A stretch of 64,000 nt of DNA, taken from NCBI GenBank assembly GCA_037441965.1, contig JBBIRD010000001.1:2255-66254 (forward strand), in the 5' to 3' direction. Under the pieces are notes generated by a model. That model was not told where the DNA came from. It made no database searches and saw nothing but the letters and a program-made list of their open reading frames with translations. A program made the translations under genes and the position numbers. The stretch comes from Candidatus Moraniibacteriota bacterium. GTDB taxonomy: Bacteria; Patescibacteriota; Minisyncoccia; Moranbacterales; UBA1568. Below, piece by piece: positions 63,195 through 64,000 of the stretch (position 1 is its first letter; every line of letters begins with the position of its first letter).

Positions 63195-64000
63195 ATGCAA
63201 ATGAAAAATGCATCTTTGAATTTTTTAAAGACAGAAATTGAAAAGCAATGTTTTGAAACAATTAATGATAATGAAATACTACGTCAGTCATTTCCTCATA
63301 TGAAATGGTTGTTTGATTTCCGAATGATGATTTTGAAATCAAATTACCTTAATCTTATTAGCGAAATATTTTGGGAGAAATATCATAATCACAAGCCTTT
63401 TCAGATTGGTGGGTTAGAGATGGCTGCTATACCTCTTGTGTCAGCTATTTTGATGAAATTTCATGAACACGGAAGAGAGCTAAATGGTTTCATAATCAGG
63501 AAGTCAAGAAAAAAAACTGGTTTGTTGAAGATGATTGAAGGTGAAATTACTCACGAGCCAATTATTCTTATTGATGATTTAATCAATTCAGGTTCGAGCA
63601 TCTTGAGGCAAATTGATGTTTTAGATCAATTGAACAGGCGTGTAGATGAGATTTTTGTAATACTTCGATTTCGAGATAAAGAACACTATTCGTTTCTGCA
63701 GGAGAAGAATATAGTTCTTTATTCTCTTTTTGAGTTAGATGATTTTACAGATACTCTATTCATCTCTAATCTTAAAGAAAGTATAGAAAATAATCAGGGT
63801 ATTCAAAATCCATTCGAATCAAATCCTGTGTGGTATTTTCAAGGGAAATCACCAAATTATTTTTTTGTTTTTCCAAAATCTGCACCAATTGTTTGTGGTA
63901 ATAAAGTTTTTTTTGGTACTGATGACGGGACATTTTTTGCGTTAGGAACAGATAGGGGAGATATACAATGGACATATAAGATTTTATTTGGATCGCAAGG
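63195..64000 (+). CDS. PyrE-like type I phosphoribosyltransferase fused to a PQQ-like beta-propeller (3' truncated; not in the ORF track)
   Basis: Manual translation: MQMKNASLNF...WLFDFR...GGLEMAAIPL...IRKSRKKTG...IILIDDLINSGSS (PRPP motif)...KSAPIVCGNKVFFGTDDGTFFALGTDRGDIQW; open to the window end. Confidence 0.85.
   Translation, partial: MQMKNASLNFLKTEIEKQCFETINDNEILRQSFPHMKWLFDFRMMILKSNYLNLISEIFWEKYHNHKPFQIGGLEMAAIPLVSAILMKFHEHGRELNGFIIRKSRKKTGLLKMIEGEITHEPIILIDDLINSGSSILRQIDVLDQLNRRVDEIFVILRFRDKEHYSFLQEKNIVLYSLFELDDFTDTLFISNLKESIENNQGIQNPFESNPVWYFQGKSPNYFFVFPKSAPIVCGNKVFFGTDDGTFFALGTDRGDIQWTYKILFGSQ

Noticed and set aside
63772-63975. 67-aa minus-strand ORF
   Set aside because: It is an antisense shadow of the PRTase-propeller CDS on the + strand.

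Overview
Bacterial chromosomal window using standard code 11, almost all on the + strand. It is very likely a Patescibacteria (CPR)/Parcubacteria genome, plausibly Ca. Moranbacteria; this is inferred from the missing rpmD (uL30), the 23S-5S rRNA unlinked from 16S, giant surface proteins and scarce Shine-Dalgarno motifs. Layout: (1) 1-13 kb, surface/extracellular cluster with the tail of a giant protein, a 2160-aa FG-GAP beta-propeller protein, two alkaline-phosphatase-superfamily enzymes and an orphan solute-binding protein. (2) 13.3-30.3 kb, str-S10-spc ribosomal superoperon through secY-adk-map. (3) 30-59 kb, housekeeping genes (yqgF, leuS, folD, parAB, rodA, secG, GDP-mannose genes, rnj, trpS, ychF), two tRNA-Leu genes and a stand-alone 23S-5S unit. 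(4) 59.4-64 kb, an AT-rich accessory operon and the best candidate for an undescribed system. It encodes a B12-binding-type radical SAM enzyme fused to a PQQ-like beta-propeller, a 70-aa peptide with a signal-like leader and a Cys-rich core (RiPP-precursor-like), a membrane-anchored protein, and a PyrE-like phosphoribosyltransferase also fused to a PQQ-like propeller; this last gene is absent from the ORF track and runs off the window. Other notable items are an attenuator-like RNA between rpsJ and rplC and two self-contained small-protein cassettes.
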